DNA of 32,782 bases, taken from an uncultured Acidobacteriota bacterium (lineage in GTDB: Bacteria; Acidobacteriota; Vicinamibacteria; Fen-336; JAGNNV01). Below, in pieces: positions 18,637-26,485 of the stretch. The stretch spans positions 1 through 32,782 of the forward strand of contig CAZBTT010000003.1 of NCBI GenBank assembly GCA_964494295.1, written 5' to 3'. Each line of letters opens with the position of its first letter. Position 1 is the stretch's first letter. The position numbers and the translations under genes are program-made. The notes below the pieces were generated by a model. It was given only the letters and a program-made list of their open reading frames with translations, was not told where the DNA came from and did no database searches.

Positions 18637-18980
18637 TGTCGAAAGTGACCAGCAAACTCCAGGTGACCCTGCCCAAGGCGATCGCCGATCGGTACGGCGT
18701 CGCCCCCGGCGCGGATCTGGTGTTCGAGCCCGCGGGCGAGTCGATCCGCGTCTTGGTGGCGCGAGAGCCTGGCCTCGCCCCTTCTTATGGTCTCTCGCTC
18801 GAGGACAAGCGAGCGCTCCTCGACGCGGTTTCGCGCCGGCAGGCCACACGGAACCGGCGGTACCGGCTCGGTGTCGGCGCCACGAAGCGGCGCAAGAGCG
18901 GGAGTGCGGTCGGCGCGAGTGCCAGTGACGAGCGCGGATGGACGAGGGAGGCTCTGTACGATCGTGGCCGCACTCGTTGA
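18636..18980 (+). CDS. AbrB/MazE/SpoVT family antitoxin (VapB-like)
   Basis: [30 protein letters not shown]; C-terminal [10 protein letters not shown]. Confidence 0.88.
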   Translation: MSKVTSKLQVTLPKAIADRYGVAPGADLVFEPAGESIRVLVAREPGLAPSYGLSLEDKRALLDAVSRRQATRNRRYRLGVGATKRRKSGSAVGASASDERGWTREALYDRGRTR

Positions 18981-19392
18981 CACGAACATCCTCGTCTATC
19001 GGTTCGACCCGAGGTTCCCAGAGAAACAGGGAAAGGCGCGTCGCCTCCTCGAGACCGCCTCGCGGCCTGGCGCCCTCGGGCTACCCCATCAAGCCTTGGT
19101 GGAGTTCGTAGCCGCCACGACTCGGCCCCTGCCCAGAATCGGCGCCCTGTTGTCGCCGGCCGAAGCAAGGGAGGAGGTCGAGTCCATGCTGCTCACCTTC
19201 GAGGTTCTCTATCCCGACGCTGCTCTCGTGCGCACCGCGCTCCGCGGCGTCGCGACCTACGGACTCTCCTGGTACGACGCGCACCTCTGGGCCTACGCTG
19301 AACACCACGGTTGTCCGATCCTGTACTCGGAGGATTTTCAAGCCGGCCGGGTTTACGGATCCGTTCGGGTCGTGAATCCGTTCAAAGCGTAA
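18964..19392 (+). CDS. vapC: PIN domain toxin (VapC-like RNase)
   Basis: [38 protein letters not shown]; GTG start overlaps the antitoxin end. Confidence 0.9.
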   Translation: MAALVDTNILVYRFDPRFPEKQGKARRLLETASRPGALGLPHQALVEFVAATTRPLPRIGALLSPAEAREEVESMLLTFEVLYPDAALVRTALRGVATYGLSWYDAHLWAYAEHHGCPILYSEDFQAGRVYGSVRVVNPFKA

Positions 19393-19415
19393 AGCGGACA
19401 CAATGGCCTAGCGCA

Positions 19416-19544
19416 GGCCGAATTCCTGGAGAGCTCCGCTACCGCGGAGCCTCCCAGAGCAAAGTCGCTCCCTTCGGTCGCTCGTTTGTCACTTCGGCCG
19501 GAGCGCGGGGGGTTGGGGGGCTGAGCACTTTGCGGCCCCCCAAC
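19416..19544. repeat. Multi-hairpin REP-like intergenic element and possible bidirectional terminator
   Basis: GGCCGAA/TTCGGCC closing stem, GCTCCGC-TACC-GCGGAGC, GTCGCTC direct repeat around CTTCG, and a perfect 10-bp GTTGGGGGGC/GCCCCCCAAC (19512-19544). Only one copy in this window. Confidence 0.5.
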
Positions 19545-20615
19545 TCATAGAGAAATTCGGATGATCCGTTCGCAGCGCCACCCGAGATAGTTCACGAACA
19601 ACCAGAAGTTCCGGAAGGCGGGGTTCTTTGTCTCCCCCCGCTGGTAGCGGAAGTAGATCTGCTGCGCGATCGCGGCTAGACGGAACAGCCCGTACACCTC
19701 GTAGAAGGCCCAGTCCAGAGTGGTGCGGCCGGTCTTCGAAAGGTAGTACTCAACCACCTCCCGCCGCGTGAGCATTCCGGGAAGGTGCGTGGGCTGACGC
19801 CGAAGCGAGCGGATGAAGAAATCGTCGTCAGCCTGAACCCAGTAGGCGAGGGCATTGCCGAGATCCATCAGCGGATCGCCGATCGTCGCCATCTCCCAGT
19901 CGAGGACGCCGACGATTCGGTTGGGTTCTGCGGAATCGAGCACGATGTTGTCGAACCGGAAGTCGTTGTGGATCACGCAGGCAGCGGAGTCTTCGGGGGT
20001 GTGAGACGCGAGCCAGTCCATCACGCTCTCGAACCGCCCCACGTTCCAGGTGTGGGCCTTCCGGTACCGGTCGCACCAGCCCTCGTTCTGGCGGCGCCCG
20101 TATCCACCACCCTTTCCCATGGCCTCGAGATCGGTCCCCGTGATCTTCACGGCATGTAGCGCGATCAGGGTGTCGATGACGTTCAGGCACAACGCGCGCG
20201 TGGTTTGCGGTGACAGGCTCAGATCCCGCGGCAGGTTCTTTCGCAGGATTCGTCCCTCGACGCGGCGCATGACGTAGAACTCGCAACCGATCACGGAGGC
20301 GTCATCGCAGAAGGCGACCATTTCCGGGACCAGCGGGAACAACGCGCCAAGAGCCTTCTGAATCCGGTACTCGCGCCCCATGTCGTGAGCCGACTTCGCT
20401 TTCGTGCCCGCGGGAGGTCGCCGCAGGACGAGGTCGTGGGTGGGGTAGAGCAGGCGGTACGTCCAGTTCGAAGCGCCGCCCGAAAACTGCGTGAGTTCCG
20501 GCTCGCCTGAAAGCCCGGTAACGCGAGCCTTCAGCCACGCATCGACTGCGGCGATGTTCAGCTCCTCGCCGGGCCGGACCTCAGCCGAGCCCGCGAGCGT
20601 CGGTTCCGACGCCAA
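19545..20615 (-). CDS. APH-family phosphotransferase (ACAD10/11 kinase-domain-like)
   Basis: QFSGGASNWTY, LVLRRPP, AHDMGREY, IHNDFRFDN, VLDWEMATIGDPLMDL. Confidence 0.9.
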   Translation of the reverse strand: MASEPTLAGSAEVRPGEELNIAAVDAWLKARVTGLSGEPELTQFSGGASNWTYRLLYPTHDLVLRRPPAGTKAKSAHDMGREYRIQKALGALFPLVPEMVAFCDDASVIGCEFYVMRRVEGRILRKNLPRDLSLSPQTTRALCLNVIDTLIALHAVKITGTDLEAMGKGGGYGRRQNEGWCDRYRKAHTWNVGRFESVMDWLASHTPEDSAACVIHNDFRFDNIVLDSAEPNRIVGVLDWEMATIGDPLMDLGNALAYWVQADDDFFIRSLRRQPTHLPGMLTRREVVEYYLSKTGRTTLDWAFYEVYGLFRLAAIAQQIYFRYQRGETKNPAFRNFWLFVNYLGWRCERIIRISL

Positions 20616-20618
20616 AGC

Positions 20619-21869
20619 TCAAGCCTTCCGCGGCTGGGCGTCGATCAGGCTCTTGTACTTGCCAAGTTCGAGTCGCGCGATCACGCCGCGGTGAACCGCG
20701 TCGGGGCCGTCGGCGATACGCAGGGTCCGCGCCATCGAGAACAAGGCGGTGAGGGGGAAGTCGTGACAGACGCCGGCGCCGCCGTGCATCTGGATCGACT
20801 CGTCGACGACACGCTGCAGAACATTCGGCGCCACCACCTTGATCGCGGAGATCTCGGTCATTGCCCCGAGCGCCCCCGCGTCATCGAGTTTCCAGGCCGC
20901 GTAGAGAGTCAGCAGGCGCGCCTGGTCGATCTCGATGCGCAGGTCGGCGACGACCTCTCGGTTTCCGCCCAGGTTGATCAGGGGCTTTCCGAACGCGGTG
21001 CGGGTGATGCCGCGGCGGATCATCAATTCGAGCGCCCATTCGGCCGCCCCGATCGCACGCATGCAGTGGTGGATGCGGCCGGGCCCAAGACGCATCTGCG
21101 CGATTTCGAAACCGCGTCCCGGACCGAGCAGCAGGTTCGATTTCGGCACGCGGACGTTCTCGAACCACACTTCCCCGTGACCGTAGGGCTCGTCGTATTC
21201 GCCGAAGGCCGTCATCATCCGGCGGATGGTGATCCCCGGTGTTCCGAGGGGGGCCAGCACCATGCTGTGCCGATGATGGCGGTCGGCCATGGGATCCGAA
21301 ACTCCCATGAAGATGGCGATCCGGCATTCGGGATGACCAAGGCCAGTGGCCCACCACTTCCGGCCGTTCAGGATCAGGGAATCACCGTCTTCGGTGATCG
21401 TGGCTTCCATGTTCGTGGCATCGCTTGAAACGACATCCGGCTCGGTCATGCAGAAGACCGAGCGGATCGCGCCATCGAGCAGGGGCCTCAGCCACGCCGC
21501 CTTCTGCTCATCGCTGCCGCAGTGCCACAGCACCTCCATGTTGCCGGTGTCCGGAGCGTTGCAGTTGAAGACCTCGGGGGCGAGCAGGCTGCGTCCGGTT
21601 TCTTCCGCCACCGATGCGTATTCGAGTGTGCTGAGACCCGCCCCCAGATTCGCATCGGGCAGGAAGAGATTCCAAAGACCCGCGGCACGCGCTCTCTGCT
21701 TGAGGCCCTCGATCACCGGCGAGACGCGCCACTTCGTCCAGTCGGCGCCGTGATTGAGGGCACGGAGATCGCGGAAGTGCGCCTCCTCGACCGGCAGGAT
21801 GTGCTCTTGAATGAACGTCCGGACGCGAAGTGATGCTTCACGTGCGCGAGGCGAGGGGGTGAAGTCCAA
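20619..21869 (-). CDS. Acyl-CoA dehydrogenase, ACAD10/11-like
   Basis: GLWNLFLP, FNCNAPDTGNMEVL, FCMTEPDVVSSDATN, LNGRKWW, RLGPGRIHHCMR, RTLRIADGPDAVH. Confidence 0.93.
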   Translation of the reverse strand: MDFTPSPRAREASLRVRTFIQEHILPVEEAHFRDLRALNHGADWTKWRVSPVIEGLKQRARAAGLWNLFLPDANLGAGLSTLEYASVAEETGRSLLAPEVFNCNAPDTGNMEVLWHCGSDEQKAAWLRPLLDGAIRSVFCMTEPDVVSSDATNMEATITEDGDSLILNGRKWWATGLGHPECRIAIFMGVSDPMADRHHRHSMVLAPLGTPGITIRRMMTAFGEYDEPYGHGEVWFENVRVPKSNLLLGPGRGFEIAQMRLGPGRIHHCMRAIGAAEWALELMIRRGITRTAFGKPLINLGGNREVVADLRIEIDQARLLTLYAAWKLDDAGALGAMTEISAIKVVAPNVLQRVVDESIQMHGGAGVCHDFPLTALFSMARTLRIADGPDAVHRGVIARLELGKYKSLIDAQPRKA

Positions 21870-21870
21870 G

Positions 21871-21890
21871 GCGGCTCATCATAGAGCCGC
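21871..21890. promoter_or_regulatory. Perfect palindrome enclosing a -10 hexamer upstream of the ACAD gene
   Basis: GCGGCTC-ATCATA-GAGCCGC; the loop reads TATGAT on the minus strand, 8 nt before the TTG start. Confidence 0.45.
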
Positions 21891-21900
21891 GGGCGCCCCT

Positions 21901-23211
21901 TCAATCGTACGTGGAGTCGTATTCGATGAACTGGGTCATGTTCGCGAAGCGCTGGGGTACTTTCGGCCCGCGCACGAACTCCTCGGTCGCCGCGTCGAGG
22001 GTGGCCCCGGGGCAACGGTCGCGGAGAAAAGCGGTCAGGCGGCGCGTGTTGTCGAGCCGGTTCGTGTTGCCGCCGGGTATCGCCGCATAGTTGACGATCG
22101 TGCTTCCGAAGATCCGCACGGGTTCGGGCGAAGCGGCTTTCGAAGGCACGATGTCGAGAAGCAGTGCCCCCTCCCAGGGCGGGTCGGGCGGAAGCTGCCG
22201 CGCGACGATTGCGGTGACCTGATCGAAGGGGATGTCCCGTGCCTCGCCGGTCGGGAGCGTGACGCGCAGGCGGGACTCGCCGACCTCACACTTGCCGGCG
22301 ATGAACCGAAGCGACTTTCGCGCCACATCGACTCCCGCTGGCCCCTTGGTGGCGATCGTCCTTCCCGTTCCTGCGACCACCTTCGCGGGGGTCTGTCGTT
22401 CGCTCATCTTGAGGCGGACTTTCTCGGCCTCGCCCGCGAGCGTGCGGACGGGAGGCGCGGCGGCGGGCGGCGGAGCCGTCGTTGACGCGATCGTCGAGGC
22501 AGTCGCGGATGGGGCCATGCCGGTCGGCGCGACGCTCCGCGGCGTGATCGCACGAGGCCCTCCCGGCGGAGATGGCGCTCGCCGATTTGGCTTCCTCGGT
22601 TTGTTCAGTTCACCGATCGCGACAAACCCCCGGATCATCGGCATCAGAAAGAAGACTCGCGCGATCAGTGCTCCGATGGGCGGCGACGCCTTCGCCTCGG
22701 CGGCGGCCACGAACATGTAGACACCGTCGAGGCTGAAAAGGCCCACCGCGACCGCCAGGGCCAGAAGCGAGCGCTTCTTCACCAGCACCGCGAGCCCGGC
22801 ATAGATGGCGCCCGTCACGAGGGAGGCCCAGCCAACGCCGATAGCCTGCAGAAACCCTATGCCGAAGATCACCGTGATCAAGCCGAGGATCGCGTTCAGA
22901 GCCGCGATCACGAAGATCATGTTGGCCGCGCCTTCGAGCTGGGTCTGCGGATCGCCGGCGCTCCCGGGGAGAGGTTCGCCGTCTCGAGAGAGCCGAAGTT
23001 CCGGGAAGGGCCCGATCTTGGCGAGGACCAACTCCAGACGGCTCCCGTCCGCGAGGGCGAAGGAGTGAGGCGTCTCGATGTCCTTCGCGTTCTCGAAGGA
23101 ACCCAGCGTCGTTCCGTCGAACGCGAGGGTCAGGTTCTTAAAGGCGCCTTCCCAGTCGACGGCAACCCGTTCGGGTCCGCCGGCTTCGAGGGCGTACTTC
23201 CTGGAGGGCAA
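21901..23211 (-). CDS. Hypothetical membrane protein (soluble domain, about 4 TM, Pro/Ala/Thr linker, soluble domain)
   Basis: AAGGAG 5 nt before TTG; hydrophobic block around aa 95-200; low-complexity linker. Confidence 0.75.
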   Translation of the reverse strand: MPSRKYALEAGGPERVAVDWEGAFKNLTLAFDGTTLGSFENAKDIETPHSFALADGSRLELVLAKIGPFPELRLSRDGEPLPGSAGDPQTQLEGAANMIFVIAALNAILGLITVIFGIGFLQAIGVGWASLVTGAIYAGLAVLVKKRSLLALAVAVGLFSLDGVYMFVAAAEAKASPPIGALIARVFFLMPMIRGFVAIGELNKPRKPNRRAPSPPGGPRAITPRSVAPTGMAPSATASTIASTTAPPPAAAPPVRTLAGEAEKVRLKMSERQTPAKVVAGTGRTIATKGPAGVDVARKSLRFIAGKCEVGESRLRVTLPTGEARDIPFDQVTAIVARQLPPDPPWEGALLLDIVPSKAASPEPVRIFGSTIVNYAAIPGGNTNRLDNTRRLTAFLRDRCPGATLDAATEEFVRGPKVPQRFANMTQFIEYDSTYD

Positions 23212-23282
23212 TGGCGCTCCTTTCGCAATGCGGGGAGTCTAACGAGTTCCCTGCCCGTCGCGCGGCGTGTACGCTACGAGAC

Positions 23283-24938
23283 ATGAAGAGACTCCCTCGA
23301 GCGATCATGGCCCTGGGCCTCTGCGTCACCGGCGTCGTTTCCGGGATGGCCGACACCTACCCTCGGCAGCCCGGCGTCGACATCGTCGACTACTCGTTTC
23401 GCCTGACCTTGAGCGACGACAGCGACGTCATCGAGGGAGAAACCGTCGTGACCTTCCGCGTGGTCAAAGACGGTGTTTCCATGCTGACCCTCGACCTCGT
23501 TCAGCCGAAGGCCGGGACTCCGGACCGCGGCATGGTCGTGAGTGCCGTCACCGAGGCCGGGAAGTCGCTGGTCTTCGATCACCGCGATGACCGTCTCGCC
23601 GTCCGTTTCGATCCCGCCGCCCGCGCAGGAGAAACACGCAAGGTGGTTGTTTCCTATCGGGGCATTCCCGCGACCGGTCTGCTCATCGCCCCCAACAAGC
23701 ACGGCGAGCGGACTTTCTTCAGTGACAACTGGCCGATCAAGGCCCGGCACTGGCTGCCCACCCTCGACCATCCGGGAGACAAGGCGACGAGCGAGATGGT
23801 GGTGAACGCACCCGCCCACTATCAGGTCGTCTCAAACGGCCGACTGGTCGAAGAGACTGACCTGGGCGCCGGACGTCGCCTCACGCGCTGGCGTCAGTCG
23901 ATACCGATCGCGACCTGGCTCAATGTCCTCGGCGTCGCCCGTTTCGCCGTAGACCATCGACCGGCCTGGCGCGGTTTGCCGATTGACACCTGGGTTTACC
24001 GGCAGGATCGGGACAACGGCTTCGCGGTGTTTTCGAATCCGACCACCGCGGTTCTCGACTTCCTCTCCGATCGCGTCGGACCGTACTCGTACGAGCGTCT
24101 GGGAAACGTGCAGGCGAATGGCGTACGCGGTGGCATGGAGTCGGCCACGTCCATTTTCTATGGCGACGACTCGGTGAACGATCCCTCGAGTCCAAGGTGG
24201 CGCAACGTCATCATCCACGAGATCGCTCATCAGTGGTTCGGCAATGCGGTGACGGAAAGCGATTGGGATGACGTGTGGCTCTCGGAGGGCTTCGCGACGT
24301 ACTTCACCCATCTGTTCATCGAACACGCCTATGGGCGCGACGAGTTCGTGGCGGGTCTTCGCACCGATCGAGACGCGATTCGTGACTTCGATCTCAAGAA
24401 CCCGAATTACCGGATCATTCACGACAACATCGCGGACATGAGTCAGGTTCTCTCGAGCGCCGGTACCTATAAGAAGGGGGCGTGGACGCTGCACATGCTG
24501 CGAGGCATAGTGGGAGACACTGCCTTCTGGACGGGCGTACGCGACTATTACCAGCGCTACCGCGACCGCAACGCGACCACTGCCGATTTCCGTCGTGCGA
24601 TGGAGGAGGCGTCGGGCAAAGAGCTTGGCTGGTTCTTCGACCAGTGGCTCACCCGTGGCGGCTTCCTCAAGGTTCGCGCTCAGTGGAGTTACGACGCCAG
24701 CGCCAAAGCGGTTCGAATCGAGGTGGAACAGCTCCAGGCCGGCGCGCCGCTGCGCATGCCGATCGAGGTCGGCATCGCCGCGGACGGCGAAACCGTTCTG
24801 CGAAGCGCCACCATCGAGATCAAAGAGCAAAGGCAGGCGCTCACAATTCCGCTCGACCGGGCGCCGAAGTCGATCACCCTCGATCCCCGGACGTTCGTGC
24901 TCATGGAAGCGGAGGTTGTGCAGGCGGAGCGGAAATGA
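23283..24938 (+). CDS. M1 family zinc aminopeptidase, exported
   Basis: GGMES exopeptidase motif, HEIAHQWFGN...WLSEGFATY, YKKGAWTLHMLR; signal peptide from ATG 23283. Confidence 0.93.
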   Translation: MKRLPRAIMALGLCVTGVVSGMADTYPRQPGVDIVDYSFRLTLSDDSDVIEGETVVTFRVVKDGVSMLTLDLVQPKAGTPDRGMVVSAVTEAGKSLVFDHRDDRLAVRFDPAARAGETRKVVVSYRGIPATGLLIAPNKHGERTFFSDNWPIKARHWLPTLDHPGDKATSEMVVNAPAHYQVVSNGRLVEETDLGAGRRLTRWRQSIPIATWLNVLGVARFAVDHRPAWRGLPIDTWVYRQDRDNGFAVFSNPTTAVLDFLSDRVGPYSYERLGNVQANGVRGGMESATSIFYGDDSVNDPSSPRWRNVIIHEIAHQWFGNAVTESDWDDVWLSEGFATYFTHLFIEHAYGRDEFVAGLRTDRDAIRDFDLKNPNYRIIHDNIADMSQVLSSAGTYKKGAWTLHMLRGIVGDTAFWTGVRDYYQRYRDRNATTADFRRAMEEASGKELGWFFDQWLTRGGFLKVRAQWSYDASAKAVRIEVEQLQAGAPLRMPIEVGIAADGETVLRSATIEIKEQRQALTIPLDRAPKSITLDPRTFVLMEAEVVQAERK

Positions 24939-25798
24939 CCCTGCTCAAGAGCGTGCTCCGCATCTCCATCGCGGCTCTGATCGGTGGCACACTCTTCCTG
25001 ATGATCTTCGAGAAGCAGCTCATCTACTACCCGGCGACCGCGGTCGACGTCACTCCGAAGGCCCTGGGCCTGCCCTTCGAGGATGTGACCATCGACGTCG
25101 AACCGGGGGTGAAGATCCACGGGTGGTTCATCAAGGGCTCGAAGGAGCCTTCTGTCGCCACCATCCTCTTCTCTCACGGCAACGCGGGCAACATCGCCGA
25201 CCGGCTCGATCGCGTGCTGAGCTGGCGCCACGTTGGCGCTGACTTCCTTCTCTACGACTACCGGGGGTTTGGCCGAAGCTCGGGCGCGCCCGGCGAGGAC
25301 GGGACGTATCGCGACGGACGCGCGGCCTACGACTATCTGGTGAAGACCCGGAGCATCGACCCGAAGCGCCTGGTGCTCATGGGCGAATCTCTGGGCTGCG
25401 CGATTTCGATCCAGCTGGCTTTGGATCGTCCGGCCGCAGGGCTCGTTCTCGAAGCGCCCTTCGCCTCGATCCCGCACATGGCCTCTGCGATCTATCCGTT
25501 CCTGCCCGCGAAGTTCTTCGTGAGGACGCGCTACGACAACCTGGAGAAGATTCCGCGCGTGAAGGCGCCGCTTCTGGTCGTTCAGGGTACGAGGGACGAG
25601 GTCATCCCCGTGGCTCAGGGCAAGATGGTCTTCGACGCGGCTTCCTCCGCGAAGCAGTACCTCGCCATCGAGGGCGCACATCACAACGACGTGTACGTTG
25701 TCGGCGGATCGCAGTACAAGAGCGCACTCTCGGATTTTCTCTCGCGCGTCGTCCCGGCCGCTCCGGCCCCAACTTTGATAGAAACCGGGAAACCATGA
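24935..25798 (+). CDS. Alpha/beta hydrolase (Bem46/ABHD13-17-like)
   Basis: SHGNAGN, YDYRGFGRS, GESLG nucleophile, RDEVIP, GAHHND; N-terminal TM; ATGA overlap. Confidence 0.9.
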   Translation: MTLLKSVLRISIAALIGGTLFLMIFEKQLIYYPATAVDVTPKALGLPFEDVTIDVEPGVKIHGWFIKGSKEPSVATILFSHGNAGNIADRLDRVLSWRHVGADFLLYDYRGFGRSSGAPGEDGTYRDGRAAYDYLVKTRSIDPKRLVLMGESLGCAISIQLALDRPAAGLVLEAPFASIPHMASAIYPFLPAKFFVRTRYDNLEKIPRVKAPLLVVQGTRDEVIPVAQGKMVFDAASSAKQYLAIEGAHHNDVYVVGGSQYKSALSDFLSRVVPAAPAPTLIETGKP

Positions 25799-26097
25799 GC
25801 CACTACCTCCTCATCTATGACCTCGCCGACGACTATCTCTCGCGACGGGGCGAGTTCCGGGGCGTCCACCTCAAGATGGCCTGGGACGCGCACGCGAAGG
25901 GAGACCTGGTCCTCGGCGGAGCGCTCGGCGAGCCCGTGGACCGCGCGATCCTCATGTTCAAGGGCGAAAGCCCGAAAGTGGCCGAGGACTTCGCGCAGGC
26001 GGACCCGTACGTGACGAATGGCCTCGTCAAAGCCTGGACGGTCCGTCAATGGATGACCGTCGTCGGGGACCTCGCGGCGAATCCTGTCAGGCCCTGA
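25795..26097 (+). CDS. YciI-like protein
   Basis: RRGEFRGVHL, LVLGGAL, FAQADPYVTNGLV..W.VR.W; ATGA overlap. Confidence 0.88.
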   Translation: MSHYLLIYDLADDYLSRRGEFRGVHLKMAWDAHAKGDLVLGGALGEPVDRAILMFKGESPKVAEDFAQADPYVTNGLVKAWTVRQWMTVVGDLAANPVRP

Positions 26098-26106
26098 TCT
26101 CCGGCG

Positions 26107-26142
26107 CGGACGGGGCGGCACGTCCTCAAGACGTGGCGTCCG
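26107..26142. terminator. Hairpin downstream of the yciI-like gene
   Basis: CGGACG...CGTCCG enclosing CACGTC-CTCAA-GACGTG; no U-tract. Confidence 0.35.
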
Positions 26143-26213
26143 GTAACACTGCATCGTGTGACGCTTCTCACTGCTGATTCGCCATCCCGCGTGGCTTCAG
26201 GGATTTGGCGATT

Positions 26214-26230
26214 CAGGCATGGAAGCTGCA
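26214..26230 (+). promoter_or_regulatory. Candidate sigma54 (-24/-12) promoter
   Basis: CAGGCATGGAAGCTGCA: GG 26216-17, N10, GC 26228-29; three differences from YTGGCACGRNNNTTGCW. Confidence 0.45.
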
Positions 26231-26257
26231 GCTGCATGGGAGCGAGTGAGAAGAACC

Positions 26258-26416
26258 ATGAAACTCCATGTGCGCCTTGGACCCCTGCCGATCGCTCCGC
26301 CGTACTTCGACTGGGAAGAGGACGACTCCGACCTCATCGAGGAGAAAGAGGAGGAGATCGACCTCACCGACTTGTTCGACCCGCCGAAGCCGAACGATCT
26401 GGAGCGGATCCACTGA
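26258..26416 (+). CDS. Small highly acidic hypothetical protein (52 aa)
   Basis: MKLHVRLGPLPIAPPYFDWEEDDSDLIEEKEEEIDLTDLFDPPKPNDLERIH; GC-ending codons like neighbouring genes; purine-rich run before ATG. Confidence 0.6.
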   Translation: MKLHVRLGPLPIAPPYFDWEEDDSDLIEEKEEEIDLTDLFDPPKPNDLERIH

Positions 26417-26485
26417 TGGGAAGCCGGCCGTCGAGGCATCGCGTCAGCTCTGAATGGCCGGGCGGCCCTCAACGACGGAGTGAAC

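Noticed and set aside
18507-18989. N-terminal extensions in the ORF track (e.g. 18989, 28717, 30647, 24482, 13630, 17293, 18787)
   Set aside because: They overlap neighbouring genes; downstream starts fit RBS or -10 positions, signal peptides and family N-termini better.
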